Part shown: piece after piece, positions 30,489 to 40,549 of the stretch
How the letters are laid out: the number at the start of each line of letters is the position of its first letter
Numbering within the stretch: the stretch's first letter is position 1
Virus record (IMG/VR): IMGVR_UViG_3300010885_069896
Coordinates: 21,983-85,982 of that record
Origin: a virus
Taxonomy: Duplodnaviria; Caudoviricetes
Strand: one strand, 5' to 3'
Length of the DNA: 64,000 bases
Made by a program: the position numbers and the translations under genes
The notes under the pieces: model-generated
Seen by the model: the letters and a program-made list of their open reading frames with translations, nothing else
Told to the model about the DNA's origin: nothing
Database searches by the model: none

Positions 30489-31286
30489 ATGACATGGCAG
30501 CAAAAAAATTTTTTGTTTAAAAGACTAGGGCTGTTAGATTATTCATACAAAAATAAATCAGGTTTATATCTCATAGAAAATTTAGATAGCAATCGATTTT
30601 ATGTTGGCAGTGCAGTCGATCTATATAAAAGAATGCACGTTCACCTTTGTCAATTAAAAGGAAATTATCATCATAACGCATTTTTACAACATGATTATAA
30701 TTCTGGTAACAAAAAATTAGTTTTTACCGTTCTTGAGTTAATATCAAAGGATTTATTAATTACCGAAGAACAAAAATATATAGATTTAATTGGTAATAAT
30801 TCGGTTTGTTACAATATTTGTAAAATTGCTGGTAGTTGGCTTGGAAAAAAACACTCAGCAAAAACAAAAAAGATCTTAAGCGAAAAATCCATCGGAAGAA
30901 AAATATCAGATGCCACAAAGGAAAAAATAAGAAGATCTCACGTTGGCAAACCTCTATCGCCACATCATCCAATCCGAAATGGACATACAGAGCAGAGTAA
31001 AAATAAAATTTCAAAAACTATGCAGGGAAATAAAAATCATTTTTACGGCAAAACACATTCTAATAAGACAAAAACATTAATTAGAGAAAAACTACTAGGA
31101 AACTACCATGGCCCAAGAACAAGAGTGAAGATAATTAATAAAGACTCTGGGGAGATTTTAGTTTTTGATAGCATGTCTGCCGCTGGTAAAAAACTGGGAA
31201 TTAGTCAGTCTTATATAAGTCAAGTTTGTGCGGGTAAAATTAAAAATAATAAACCTTGGAATTTTGAGATAATTAAAGAAGAATAA
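30489..31286 (+). CDS. Free-standing GIY-YIG homing endonuclease (NUMOD3 repeats, NUMOD1-like C-terminus)
   Basis: SGLYLIEN...FYVGSAVDLYKRM..H...EEQKYI..CYN; HSAKTKKILS, HTEQSKNKIS and HSNKTKTLI repeats; FDSMSAAGKKLGISQSYISQVC. Confidence 0.9.
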   Translation: MTWQQKNFLFKRLGLLDYSYKNKSGLYLIENLDSNRFYVGSAVDLYKRMHVHLCQLKGNYHHNAFLQHDYNSGNKKLVFTVLELISKDLLITEEQKYIDLIGNNSVCYNICKIAGSWLGKKHSAKTKKILSEKSIGRKISDATKEKIRRSHVGKPLSPHHPIRNGHTEQSKNKISKTMQGNKNHFYGKTHSNKTKTLIREKLLGNYHGPRTRVKIINKDSGEILVFDSMSAAGKKLGISQSYISQVCAGKIKNNKPWNFEIIKEE

Positions 31287-31287
31287 T

Positions 31288-34200
31288 ATGGCAAATCAAC
31301 AAAAAAGTTTCTATCAACGTTTAACTCGTCTTTTCCGAAGTGGCCCAGCAATTCGCCGCAAAGTAAAAGGGCAAGATTATAAAAATTTCTACGATAATCA
31401 AGTTGTACAAAACAATCTAGGATATTATGGTGCATCTGGGTTTAAACGGGAAGCATCGCCATTTTCCGTCATGGGTGCTTATGGTATCCTCGATCGCAAT
31501 TCAAGATATGCAGAGTTCGCAGAAATGGAAAACTGCTTGCATGGTGACACTAAAATTGCAGTGCCTGGAGGATATAAAACACTCAAGGAACTAACTGAAG
31601 AATATGGATTAGAAAAAGATTTCATTGTATATTCTTACGATCACAAAAAAGGTGCAATTTTTCCGGCAGTGGCACGTCAGGCAAGACATACTACAACCAC
31701 TCATGCTTATCGAGTTAAATTTGATAATGGCAAAGAAATTATAGGAACAGAGGATCATCGTCTCATGAAACGAGATGGTACTTATTGTGAAATTCGTGAT
31801 CTTAAGTCTGGTGATGCGATGATGCCATTTTATCGACGATCTCTTGTCGGACAAAAAACAGGACCAGAGCTTCAAAAAAATTGTTATCAAGTTATATACA
31901 CGATGAATAAAGAAGATAGTCCATCTAGATGGATATCGGAGCACAGATTGTTAGGTAAATTTATCACAGGAAAAGGTTTGGCTGCAAACGAAGTTGTTCA
32001 TCATAAAAATTTTCAAGCTCACGATAATCGACTAGAAAATCTAGAGCTTATGACACTGGAGGCACATCAAACGTTGCACGCAAAAATACTGAATGGTAAA
32101 AAATGGGACAAAGAAACCAACTCAGAATGGATATCAGCATTCAAGAAACGTCACTCGGCTTGGATGAAAGAAAATAACCCAGCAGAAAGAAAAGATATTA
32201 AATTTGAAAGAATATTGCAATGGTGTGATGAAAACGGTTATAATTTACATGCTGTCGCTAGAGCGTTTGATACTGACCTCAATACAATTAAAAGAAAACT
32301 AAAATTAAAAGGCTTTAATGATTTTATTTCATTCGCAAAAGCATACTGCGTTGGCTGGAAACCTTATAACGGAGAAAATAAAGGATCTAGTAACAATCGC
32401 TATCGTAGCGATCTAACGTTTGAATCGATCTGCAACGCATACACAAAAGGGCTAAGTCAAAAAGCGCTCGCCAAGAAACTAAAATCTTCAGTTACTCCAA
32501 TAAATGCTAGGTTAAAAGAACACAAATATAATACATGGTCAGAATTCGCCTCGACATATGAAAATCTTAAAGTTGAAAGCATTGAGTATTATGGGATAAC
32601 TGACCTGTATGATATCACTGTCGATGGTTACAAAAACTTTGCGACAGATTCTCTCATAGCCCACAATACGGCTGAGATCGCTACTGCATTAAATGTATAT
32701 GCTGACGAGTCTTGTGCGACTGATGAAAAAGGAAAAACATTCCACATTTACTCAGAAAATGCACAAGTACAAAAGGCGCTAGAAGAGTTGTTTTACGAAG
32801 TTGTTAATATTGAATTTAATGCCCGTAGAATGGTGAGAAATTTAGTTAAAAATGGCGACTATTTTTGTTATGTTGAAGTAGTACCAGATTTTGGCGTTAT
32901 TAATGTTGAACCATTGCCAGTCAATGAAATCGAACGTGAAGAAGGATTCGATAAACATGATCCATATGCTGTTCGTTATCGCCTGATAACTCGTGGCGGA
33001 AAATATTTAGAAAACTGGCAGATGCTACATTTCCGTATTCTTGGAAATGATCTTTTCCTTCCGTATGGAACAAGCTTTCTTGAATCTGCACGTAGGTCAT
33101 GGCGTCAGTTAACAATGATGGAAGATGCGATGATGGTATATCGCTTAGTGCGATCACCGGAACGTCGTGTGTTTTATATAGATGTATCAGCAGTCCATCC
33201 AAACGATATTCCATCATATATGGAGGCCGTCAAGGAGGGGATGAGAGGTGCTTCCGTAATTGAGCAGCAGCAAGGTCGTCAGGATTTCAGATATAACCCA
33301 TTGCCCGTGCATAAAGATACTGGGATTCCACTGCTTGACGGCAGAACAATAACCATTGAAGAGCTTGCGAAAGAGTACGATACAGGAAAAGAAAACTGGG
33401 TATATTCTATTCAGGACTCTAGCCTCGGAATAGTTCCAGGTAAAGTAGCATGGTGTGGTAAAAATTATACCGCAAATAAATTAATCAAGATAACTCTTGA
33501 TGATGGAACTAGCCTTAAAACTGCACCAGAGCACCCTTACGTGCTTCGTGATGGTTCAAGTGTAAGAGCGGACCAATTGATCCCTGGAATGTCTCTAATG
33601 CCCCTTTATAGAGAGATTACGGACAAAGGATATGAACGGTGCTATAACCCAGAAACCCAGAAATATGAAACCACTCATTCTTTAGTTGCAAAAAACTTCT
33701 ACCAGAATGAATGGCAGAATACAGCGAGACCTGTGGTTCATCATAAGTGTCCATGGGAAAGAGAAACTAATAAAAGAAATAATTCTCCAAGAAATCTAGA
33801 AGTAATGAATTTTTGGCAACATAGAGAGCTTCATGCAAAAATGGTTGAGCATACTTTGCTTCGCCCCGAAGTATTAAAAGAAAATTCTCGTAGATTGACA
33901 CGATACAATCGTTCAAAACTACATAGCACCCGTGTGTCATTGAATAATATAAAATATCAAAAGGGCCAAAAATTATCTCAGCTATACAATGGTTCTGATC
34001 TTCACAAAGAGCATAATGAAATCAGAAAAGCTGCTCAATTTAATTCATGGTCATTGAACAAGGCGGAACGTTGCCAAGCAATGAGATTTAAATTTACGGA
34101 AAAATGCTTGCAAATAGCTAAAGATTTGCTGTCTGCTAACCCAACTATTTCACGAGATGAATTTGGGGCAAGATTACAAAATAATATTGAATTCGTAGCG

Positions 34201-36825
34201 GCGATAAAAGAAGCAAACGCTAATACGAAACGTCAAAATAAAATCCCAAACCATAGAATACTTGCACAGAATATTTCTAACTATGCTGGTTTTGAATCTT
34301 ATGTGGATTTCAAAAACTCATTCTCTTCTCATCAATATCTTAATCATAAAATTTCAATAGTTGAGACAGTCACAGAAACAGTTGATGTTTATTGCATGAC
34401 AGTGGTTGGGCCAAATGGTGAAGAAGATCGTCACAATTTTGCTGCTGTATCTAATGATGATACGGGTAATTCTAAAGAAAAAATTTCGGCAATATTTCTA
34501 AAAAACTCCGTAGATGAGGATTACTTTCTACCAACTAGACCAAACAATCAGACTAAAATTGAATCTATTGCGGGTGGACAAAATACAACGGCCACAGAAG
34601 ATGTGGAGTACATCCAGAAAAAACTTATTGCTGCCCTCATGGTACCAAAGGCGTACCTTACATACGATGAAGCAATATCATGCTTGGTCGGAGAAACGCA
34701 AATACCTTTACTTGACGGTTCTAGCCCCACTATCAAAGAACTTTCAGATAAATTTGCTAATGGAGAATTAACTGAAGCTTATTGCTATTCGACTTTACTT
34801 GATGGGACAGTTGTTCCAGGTAAAATAAACAAAGCGTGGGCCACCAAAAAAGTAAATTCAACATATCGGATTTATTTAGACAATGGAGAATATATCGACT
34901 GTACGGAAAATCACCCATTCCTGTTTAAAAACGGGGTCTATAAACGTGCTGATGAATTGACTGTTAATGACTCATTGATGCCTGTGTATAAAAAACTATC
35001 CTCCAAACAAGACAAAGATTTACTGGATGGATATGAAATGGTATTTGACAATAAAACTGGTGAATGGAAATATACACACAAAATGGTATCTGACTGGCAA
35101 GCTGAAAACAATGGTGGTTATACTATAGGTAAACAAAGAGTAGTACACCATGTAGATTTTAATAAACTAAATAATAGTCCAAAAAATCTACAAGAGATGA
35201 CTTGGTACAGCCATAGAAAACTACATTCACAAAATCTTTCATCGACAATTTTACGACCAGATGTAATGATAAAACGAGAGCCAAGTAGACTTGCTGCGCT
35301 TTCGGCATCTAGACACCGTAATATAAAATCAAGACAAATGAAACAACAAATGAACGATCCAAAATCGGCTTTGCGTTCATGGGTCCATGGGGAAGAAATA
35401 AAACAAGTAGTATCCAGAAACATGAAAGCCGCTTGGAGTACCGAGAAATATCGTTCAATAAAAACCAAGCAAAATAAAGAGATATTACAAAAACCAGAAG
35501 TTAGAGAAAAATTGTTTGGTAAAAATCATTGGGCTGCAAGAGCTACTAAACATTTTGATTTGAATTGGCTTGTTGAATACTGTAAACAAAACAATGTAAC
35601 AGAATATCTGCATTTCAGAAAATCATCACAGAACAATTCACCATGTAGCTCTAGAGTAGTCGGAAGAATATTCAGAGAAAACAATATTTCTGGCTGGCGT
35701 GAATTTGAAAAACAATATCTTTGTTTCAATCACAAAGTTATTCAGATAGAAATAAAAGAGTGCGGTGATGAAGCCACACAGGGTGTTTGGGTATATGACT
35801 TGGAAGTAGAAAAGACACACAACTTCCTTGTAAAACAAGGCGTGGTAGTACACAACAGCAAAAGTACATTGGCTCAGGAGGACATTAGATTTTCTCGCAC
35901 AATTGCAACATTACAAAAAATCATGATTGCTGAATTAAATAAACTTGCAATCATTCATTTGTATGCACTTGGATTCAGCGGAGATGATTTATTAAACTTT
36001 GAACTTAAATTCTCCAACCCTTCGACAGTAGCAGTCCAGCAAAAACTAGCATTGGTTTCTCAAAAAATAGAAATAGCGGCAAAAGCTTGGGAAGTTTCTA
36101 AAGAAACAGGCATTATGAGTATGCCATATATTCAAAAAGAAATTCTTGGACTTCGCCCAGAAGAAATAAATCAAATCCGTCTTGAGGCCCGTCAAGATCA
36201 AGTTGCAATGGCCGAGCTTAAGAAAATAGCAGAAAATCCACCATTTGATAATTCCCTCGACTCAAATATAGATATTTTTGATAAGGGTAACTATAGCGTA
36301 CCATCTTCTCCTTTTGCGCCAGACCCTAAACAACTAAGAGATATCGAATTAAAAAATCAAGAAGATGAACTAGCACTTCGCAGAGAAAGAAAATTGGAAA
36401 AGGAAAAAAATGGAGAAAACTCAGGCGCTCCAATTAAACTTAACCCAACGCCAAATCTTGATAAAGCATTCCGCAGGAATAAAAGAAGCAAAGAATTCAC
36501 TGGCATCAGTGCTTTGGCAATGCCTAACTTTAAAGACATGCTTGATATAACAAATAATCGTTATTCTAAAGACCCGTATGATACCCAGAGTTCAAATTAT
36601 ACAAGAAAATTTGTTCTTGAAGAAAGTCAGATTGAAAATGAGTTGCTTGGTCGTGGAAAACTACCATATAAAATTTCAAAAGAAATGCAATCTACATTAA
36701 AAACAATGAATGAATCCATGAAAAGAGATTTTGAAATTAAAGGAATTGAACTGGTAAATGAAAAATCTTCAGAAGATCAATCAGATATGTTATTTTTAAT
36801 AGAAAAAGATCTAAAAACAGAATAG
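31288..36825 (+). CDS. gp20: Portal vertex protein (T4 gp20-like) with three inteins; about 674 aa after splicing
   Basis: Extein motifs EIATALNVYADE, EDAMMVYRLVRSPERRVFYIDV, EDYFLP, DVEYIQKKLIAALMVPK and TLAQEDIRFSRTI are characteristic of gp20-like portals. Confidence 0.93.
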   Translation: MANQQKSFYQRLTRLFRSGPAIRRKVKGQDYKNFYDNQVVQNNLGYYGASGFKREASPFSVMGAYGILDRNSRYAEFAEMENCLHGDTKIAVPGGYKTLKELTEEYGLEKDFIVYSYDHKKGAIFPAVARQARHTTTTHAYRVKFDNGKEIIGTEDHRLMKRDGTYCEIRDLKSGDAMMPFYRRSLVGQKTGPELQKNCYQVIYTMNKEDSPSRWISEHRLLGKFITGKGLAANEVVHHKNFQAHDNRLENLELMTLEAHQTLHAKILNGKKWDKETNSEWISAFKKRHSAWMKENNPAERKDIKFERILQWCDENGYNLHAVARAFDTDLNTIKRKLKLKGFNDFISFAKAYCVGWKPYNGENKGSSNNRYRSDLTFESICNAYTKGLSQKALAKKLKSSVTPINARLKEHKYNTWSEFASTYENLKVESIEYYGITDLYDITVDGYKNFATDSLIAHNTAEIATALNVYADESCATDEKGKTFHIYSENAQVQKALEELFYEVVNIEFNARRMVRNLVKNGDYFCYVEVVPDFGVINVEPLPVNEIEREEGFDKHDPYAVRYRLITRGGKYLENWQMLHFRILGNDLFLPYGTSFLESARRSWRQLTMMEDAMMVYRLVRSPERRVFYIDVSAVHPNDIPSYMEAVKEGMRGASVIEQQQGRQDFRYNPLPVHKDTGIPLLDGRTITIEELAKEYDTGKENWVYSIQDSSLGIVPGKVAWCGKNYTANKLIKITLDDGTSLKTAPEHPYVLRDGSSVRADQLIPGMSLMPLYREITDKGYERCYNPETQKYETTHSLVAKNFYQNEWQNTARPVVHHKCPWERETNKRNNSPRNLEVMNFWQHRELHAKMVEHTLLRPEVLKENSRRLTRYNRSKLHSTRVSLNNIKYQKGQKLSQLYNGSDLHKEHNEIRKAAQFNSWSLNKAERCQAMRFKFTEKCLQIAKDLLSANPTISRDEFGARLQNNIEFVAAIKEANANTKRQNKIPNHRILAQNISNYAGFESYVDFKNSFSSHQYLNHKISIVETVTETVDVYCMTVVGPNGEEDRHNFAAVSNDDTGNSKEKISAIFLKNSVDEDYFLPTRPNNQTKIESIAGGQNTTATEDVEYIQKKLIAALMVPKAYLTYDEAISCLVGETQIPLLDGSSPTIKELSDKFANGELTEAYCYSTLLDGTVVPGKINKAWATKKVNSTYRIYLDNGEYIDCTENHPFLFKNGVYKRADELTVNDSLMPVYKKLSSKQDKDLLDGYEMVFDNKTGEWKYTHKMVSDWQAENNGGYTIGKQRVVHHVDFNKLNNSPKNLQEMTWYSHRKLHSQNLSSTILRPDVMIKREPSRLAALSASRHRNIKSRQMKQQMNDPKSALRSWVHGEEIKQVVSRNMKAAWSTEKYRSIKTKQNKEILQKPEVREKLFGKNHWAARATKHFDLNWLVEYCKQNNVTEYLHFRKSSQNNSPCSSRVVGRIFRENNISGWREFEKQYLCFNHKVIQIEIKECGDEATQGVWVYDLEVEKTHNFLVKQGVVVHNSKSTLAQEDIRFSRTIATLQKIMIAELNKLAIIHLYALGFSGDDLLNFELKFSNPSTVAVQQKLALVSQKIEIAAKAWEVSKETGIMSMPYIQKEILGLRPEEINQIRLEARQDQVAMAELKKIAENPPFDNSLDSNIDIFDKGNYSVPSSPFAPDPKQLRDIELKNQEDELALRRERKLEKEKNGENSGAPIKLNPTPNLDKAFRRNKRSKEFTGISALAMPNFKDMLDITNNRYSKDPYDTQSSNYTRKFVLEESQIENELLGRGKLPYKISKEMQSTLKTMNESMKRDFEIKGIELVNEKSSEDQSDMLFLIEKDLKTE
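31534..32667 (+). mobile_element. Portal intein 1 (378 aa, class 1, HNH endonuclease)
   Basis: CLHGDTKI start, block B GTEDH, HNH motif VVHHKNFQAHDNRLENL, block F LYDITV, ends AHN followed by Thr. Confidence 0.92.
33304..34506 (+). mobile_element. Portal intein 2 (401 aa, Pro1, block-F Cys, HNH endonuclease)
   Basis: Removing it restores RYNPL|SVDEDYFLP; PVHKDTGIPLLDG aligns without gaps to CLVGETQIPLLDG of intein 3; HNH motif VVHHK...NNSPRNL; block F VYCMTV; ends FLKN followed by Ser. Confidence 0.88.
34681..35856 (+). mobile_element. Portal intein 3 (392 aa, class 1, HNH endonuclease)
   Basis: CLVGETQI start, block B CTENH, HNH motif VVHHVDFNKLNNSPKNL, block F VYDLEV, ends VHN followed by Ser. 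Confidence 0.92.
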
Positions 36826-36898
36826 TAAATTCTATTTATGATAAGCTAGCTAGGCACGCAGCTATCTAATATAACTGTAATGCGGGTAAAAATAAATT

Positions 36899-37771
36899 AT
36901 GCAAAAGCTAAAACACAATAAAAAACGAAACATCGGCCTACTTTATGAATTTTTCACACGGTTTATCGGTAAAGCTATTTTAGAAAATAGAGATAACGAC
37001 ATCGTAAAAGCAAAAACTTTGCTGAAAAAACATTTGAACCGTGGAACAGATCTCTATAAAGAATTAAAACTCTTTAAAGTGCTATCAGAAGCAAATGTCT
37101 CAAATCGAGAACAAGCATTGCATCTTATAAATCGTGTCCGTGAAGCAGTGAAATATCAAAGCCAAGCTAGATTGGAGTTAGAAAAAACTAGCCTGATTCA
37201 TGAAGTCAATTCTAACCTTAATGCCGATTTGTTTTTCGAAGAAGCTATTACAGACTATAAGAAATTAGGAGTAATCCAGGTTCTTTTAAATACTTGGAGA
37301 GATGAAACTCTCAAAGAAAGTGTGGTTGGCGAAACTGTATACCTTGAAGAAAAATTAATTGATTTCATGATGAACAATAATAGCAAGGACGATAGCCAAC
37401 AAGCACTGCAAATGACAACTGAAGACGTTGATCGTCTTGTAGTAAATCTAATGACCGAAAAGGTAAACAAGAAATACTCAAATCTAAATGAAGAACAAAA
37501 AGATGTGATCCGTCTTTATGTTTTCAGTAAAGATGATGCACAAGTAAAAGAAAGCTTGGTAGAAAAATTGTCAGGAATAAAAAATAAATTCCTCGCAGTG
37601 CTGCCAGCCCATAGACACGAATTTGTAAACGATAAAGTTCTTATCGATAAACTAAGCGAAGTAAAAAATACTCTTCTCAAAGAATATAGCGATTTTTCAT
37701 CCGTCAATGATGATATGGTCGGGTTTTATCTTGGTTTATCTAAACTTGAACATGAGGTAAAATCAAAATGA
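36899..37771 (+). CDS. Hypothetical helical protein between portal and protease (prohead core candidate)
   Basis: 290 aa starting KLKHNKKRNIGLLYEF; its position matches the core-protein slot of T4-like head operons; coupled to the protease gene. Confidence 0.65.
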   Translation: MQKLKHNKKRNIGLLYEFFTRFIGKAILENRDNDIVKAKTLLKKHLNRGTDLYKELKLFKVLSEANVSNREQALHLINRVREAVKYQSQARLELEKTSLIHEVNSNLNADLFFEEAITDYKKLGVIQVLLNTWRDETLKESVVGETVYLEEKLIDFMMNNNSKDDSQQALQMTTEDVDRLVVNLMTEKVNKKYSNLNEEQKDVIRLYVFSKDDAQVKESLVEKLSGIKNKFLAVLPAHRHEFVNDKVLIDKLSEVKNTLLKEYSDFSSVNDDMVGFYLGLSKLEHEVKSK

Positions 37772-38391
37772 CCACAGAAAATAAAAAATATCTACTCAAA
37801 GAATTCACAAGCTTTGAGTACCTTGATGAAGATGTAAAAAAAATTACCGAAAAAGGAGGGCCAATGATCCTTAGCGGTATTCTGCAACGAGCAAATGCAC
37901 TAAACCAAAATGGTCGTGTCTACCCAAAAGACATCCTAGAACGTGAAATACGGAACTATGAAAAATTAATCCGTGAAAAACGTGCTTTCGGTGAACTAGA
38001 TCATGCCAATGAACCAATTGTAAATATGAAAAATATCTCCCACACAATCCGTGAAATCTGGATGGAAGGAGATGTCGTTTATGGTAAAGTAGAAATACTT
38101 GATACACCTTGTGGCAAAATCATTGAGGCCATCATCAAAGCAGGATGCAGACCAGGGATATCCTCACGTGCATTAGGATCTCTCCAGCGTGAAAACAATG
38201 TCAATGTTGTCCAAGATGATTTGCAAATTATCTGCTGGGATTTCGTATCTGAGCCAAGTACAGCCGGTAGTTTCATGACCCTTGCAGAATCACGTCAGTT
38301 TAGTAATGAAGAGATAAATAAAATCCTTAGTAAATCCGACAAAGTAGACAGAATAGTCAATGACATCCTTTCTCTGAAGACAAAAAAATAA
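37768..38391 (+). CDS. gp21: Prohead core protease (T4 gp21-like)
   Basis: NQNGRVYP, GELDH, GKVEILDTPCG, GISSRALGS and WDFVSEPS motifs. Confidence 0.93.
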   Translation: MTTENKKYLLKEFTSFEYLDEDVKKITEKGGPMILSGILQRANALNQNGRVYPKDILEREIRNYEKLIREKRAFGELDHANEPIVNMKNISHTIREIWMEGDVVYGKVEILDTPCGKIIEAIIKAGCRPGISSRALGSLQRENNVNVVQDDLQIICWDFVSEPSTAGSFMTLAESRQFSNEEINKILSKSDKVDRIVNDILSLKTKK

Positions 38392-38432
38392 TAATATCCA
38401 TACTGAAATGGTCATAATGATATTTAAAATCT

Positions 38433-39296
38433 ATGAAGTATTATTACGGCAGTAATTTACAATCTCCCTGCATTTACAAAATATTTAACACGCACTCCAA
38501 AAGAGTTTACATTGGCCAAACAATCACTGTTAAAAAGAGGTGGGTTTCGGGCCATAGCCTTAGATTAAAAAACAATAATCATTTTAATATTATTTTACAG
38601 AACGATTTCAATAAATGCTACAAAGCGCTAGGTCATACCGATTTTCTAGAATTTCATATTATTGAGTTATTGCCAGACTCAACACAGGAAACAAGAAATT
38701 TAAAAGAATGGCAATGGATAAATGAATATAAGAAAACACATAAGTTATATAATATAATTCTAGAGTGTGATGGCCGAAAAGAAATGCCTCAAGAGTTAAA
38801 AAATAAAATTAGTGAAACCAAGAAAAAATACTATAAATCCGAAGAAGGCAAAATTTTTATTGAAAAATTGTCAAAAAATAGGCTTGGAAAATCATATGAA
38901 GAATATTACGGAGAAGAGTTTGCGTCTGAAATAAAAAAATCCATAAGTGATAATAAAATTATTACAATGAATTTACCAGAGGTAAAAGAAAATCTATCTA
39001 AAATATTTACCGGAAAATCATTCCAAGAGCGTTTCGGAGAAAGTAAGGCAGAAGAAATTTTAGAGAAGATGAGCGCTGCTCGCAAAGGAAAATATATCGG
39101 TAAAGAAAGTTCTCGATTTCGTATTATTGAGAACATCAAACTACTATCTCCTGATGGAATGATTTACAATAAAATTGAGGGCATCAAAGAGTTTGCCAAA
39201 GAGCATAAACTATCCAAGCATCATTTATGTGAATTGCTTGCAGGAAAAAGAAGAAGTCACCATGGATGGGTACTAGTTAATGATAATAATCAATGA
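38433..39296 (+). CDS. Free-standing GIY-YIG homing endonuclease
   Basis: CIYKIFN...VYIGQT...KKRW..H...KEWQWI...YN; C-terminal LLSPDG...EFAKEHKL...GKRRSHHGW module. Confidence 0.87.
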   Translation: MKYYYGSNLQSPCIYKIFNTHSKRVYIGQTITVKKRWVSGHSLRLKNNNHFNIILQNDFNKCYKALGHTDFLEFHIIELLPDSTQETRNLKEWQWINEYKKTHKLYNIILECDGRKEMPQELKNKISETKKKYYKSEEGKIFIEKLSKNRLGKSYEEYYGEEFASEIKKSISDNKIITMNLPEVKENLSKIFTGKSFQERFGESKAEEILEKMSAARKGKYIGKESSRFRIIENIKLLSPDGMIYNKIEGIKEFAKEHKLSKHHLCELLAGKRRSHHGWVLVNDNNQ

Positions 39297-39359
39297 TTTC
39301 ATTGAACAACTGATGAAATCATTGGAATATATTTAATAGTTTAAAAAGAAGTAAATATA

Positions 39360-39902
39360 ATGAAAATCCAAAGAACAGAATTTAAATCAATTATTAAAGA
39401 ATGCCTTAAGGAATTAATTGTTGAAGGTGCATTAGACCATATGGTAACTGGTTTAGTGTCTGAAAGAACAAATCAAGCTTACAATCAAGCTTACCTAAAT
39501 GACCCTAGAGTTAAAATGGCTGCTGCACAAATTGCTGGTGGCAATCCACAACAAACACAAATGATGGAACAAATTCTTGCTGACACAGCAATGAATTCAT
39601 TACCAGATCAACAAGCTGCTATGAATCGCCTACCGAACGGCATGCCAATGCCAGGGGCAATAGGAGGCATGCAGCAGGACAATATGTTAAATGAGTATGG
39701 ATCACCTAACGGTGGTCATTCTTTGCAGCGTAATCCGCTACCTCCAAGAGAAGCGCAAAGACAGCAAAGTCAATCTTCTGGCGCTGCAAGCCGTTGGGCA
39801 AGCTTAGCTTTTAATTCACCAATTTCTAACCGTCCGCAATCTGGTGCCGGTGGATCAAGTGGCGGATTTTTACCTGGGGCTAAAAAAGGCTCCTTTGAAT
39901 GA
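39360..39902 (+). CDS. Hypothetical low-complexity protein, probable internal head/core protein
   Basis: Starts MKIQRTEFKSIIKECLKELIVEG; LVSE and MLNE motifs; Gln/Gly-rich. Confidence 0.65.
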   Translation: MKIQRTEFKSIIKECLKELIVEGALDHMVTGLVSERTNQAYNQAYLNDPRVKMAAAQIAGGNPQQTQMMEQILADTAMNSLPDQQAAMNRLPNGMPMPGAIGGMQQDNMLNEYGSPNGGHSLQRNPLPPREAQRQQSQSSGAASRWASLAFNSPISNRPQSGAGGSSGGFLPGAKKGSFE

Positions 39903-39954
39903 TCTCATAAAATAAATATTTCCGAATCATATACCTATTCATATAGGTGTATCT

Positions 39955-40524
39955 ATGGCTGATCCCGTCACTAAATTCGAAGCGTTAAGTGCGAATCCAA
40001 ATTTTATATCATCACGAGGAAATACTGGTTATGGTTCTGTTTCTGGCGGTGCGGAATTAGGCAAAAGAAATAATGCTTCGTTACTGAGAGGTTTCGCTGG
40101 ATCACCCATATTGTCCAATGCATATAAAATAACAGACGCTTCGGAAAAATATCAAAGTTATACCGGAGAAAATATGGACTTCACCCAGTACCGCCGTGAT
40201 TTTAAACCAGACGAGGCGGCAGGGGAAGAATATAGAAAAGTTAGAGATAAAAAACAAACAACGGTAGGCTTAAATGGTGAACCTGGGACTGCATATACTC
40301 CAAATATAGCATCTCCAATAGTAGATGAAGGAACTATTTTTACTGATTACAATCAACTTACTGTAATAGAAACTGGTCTGAACGCAATACAAAACGATAG
40401 AATCATAAATGACCCAACTCTAAATCCACAAACATATATAAATGTTGATTCTTCAAATCAATCCAATAATGTTGGTAAAATACGTAGATTTAAATTAGGT
40501 GTCGGATCTACAACTATTCAATAG
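39955..40524 (+). CDS. Head-region paralogue 1 of 3 (unknown function)
   Basis: YRRDFKPD..AG, TPNIASP and C-terminal RRFKLGVGST are shared with the next two genes. Confidence 0.75.
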   Translation: MADPVTKFEALSANPNFISSRGNTGYGSVSGGAELGKRNNASLLRGFAGSPILSNAYKITDASEKYQSYTGENMDFTQYRRDFKPDEAAGEEYRKVRDKKQTTVGLNGEPGTAYTPNIASPIVDEGTIFTDYNQLTVIETGLNAIQNDRIINDPTLNPQTYINVDSSNQSNNVGKIRRFKLGVGSTTIQ

Positions 40525-40549
40525 AAATATATAAAGGAATATTATTAAT

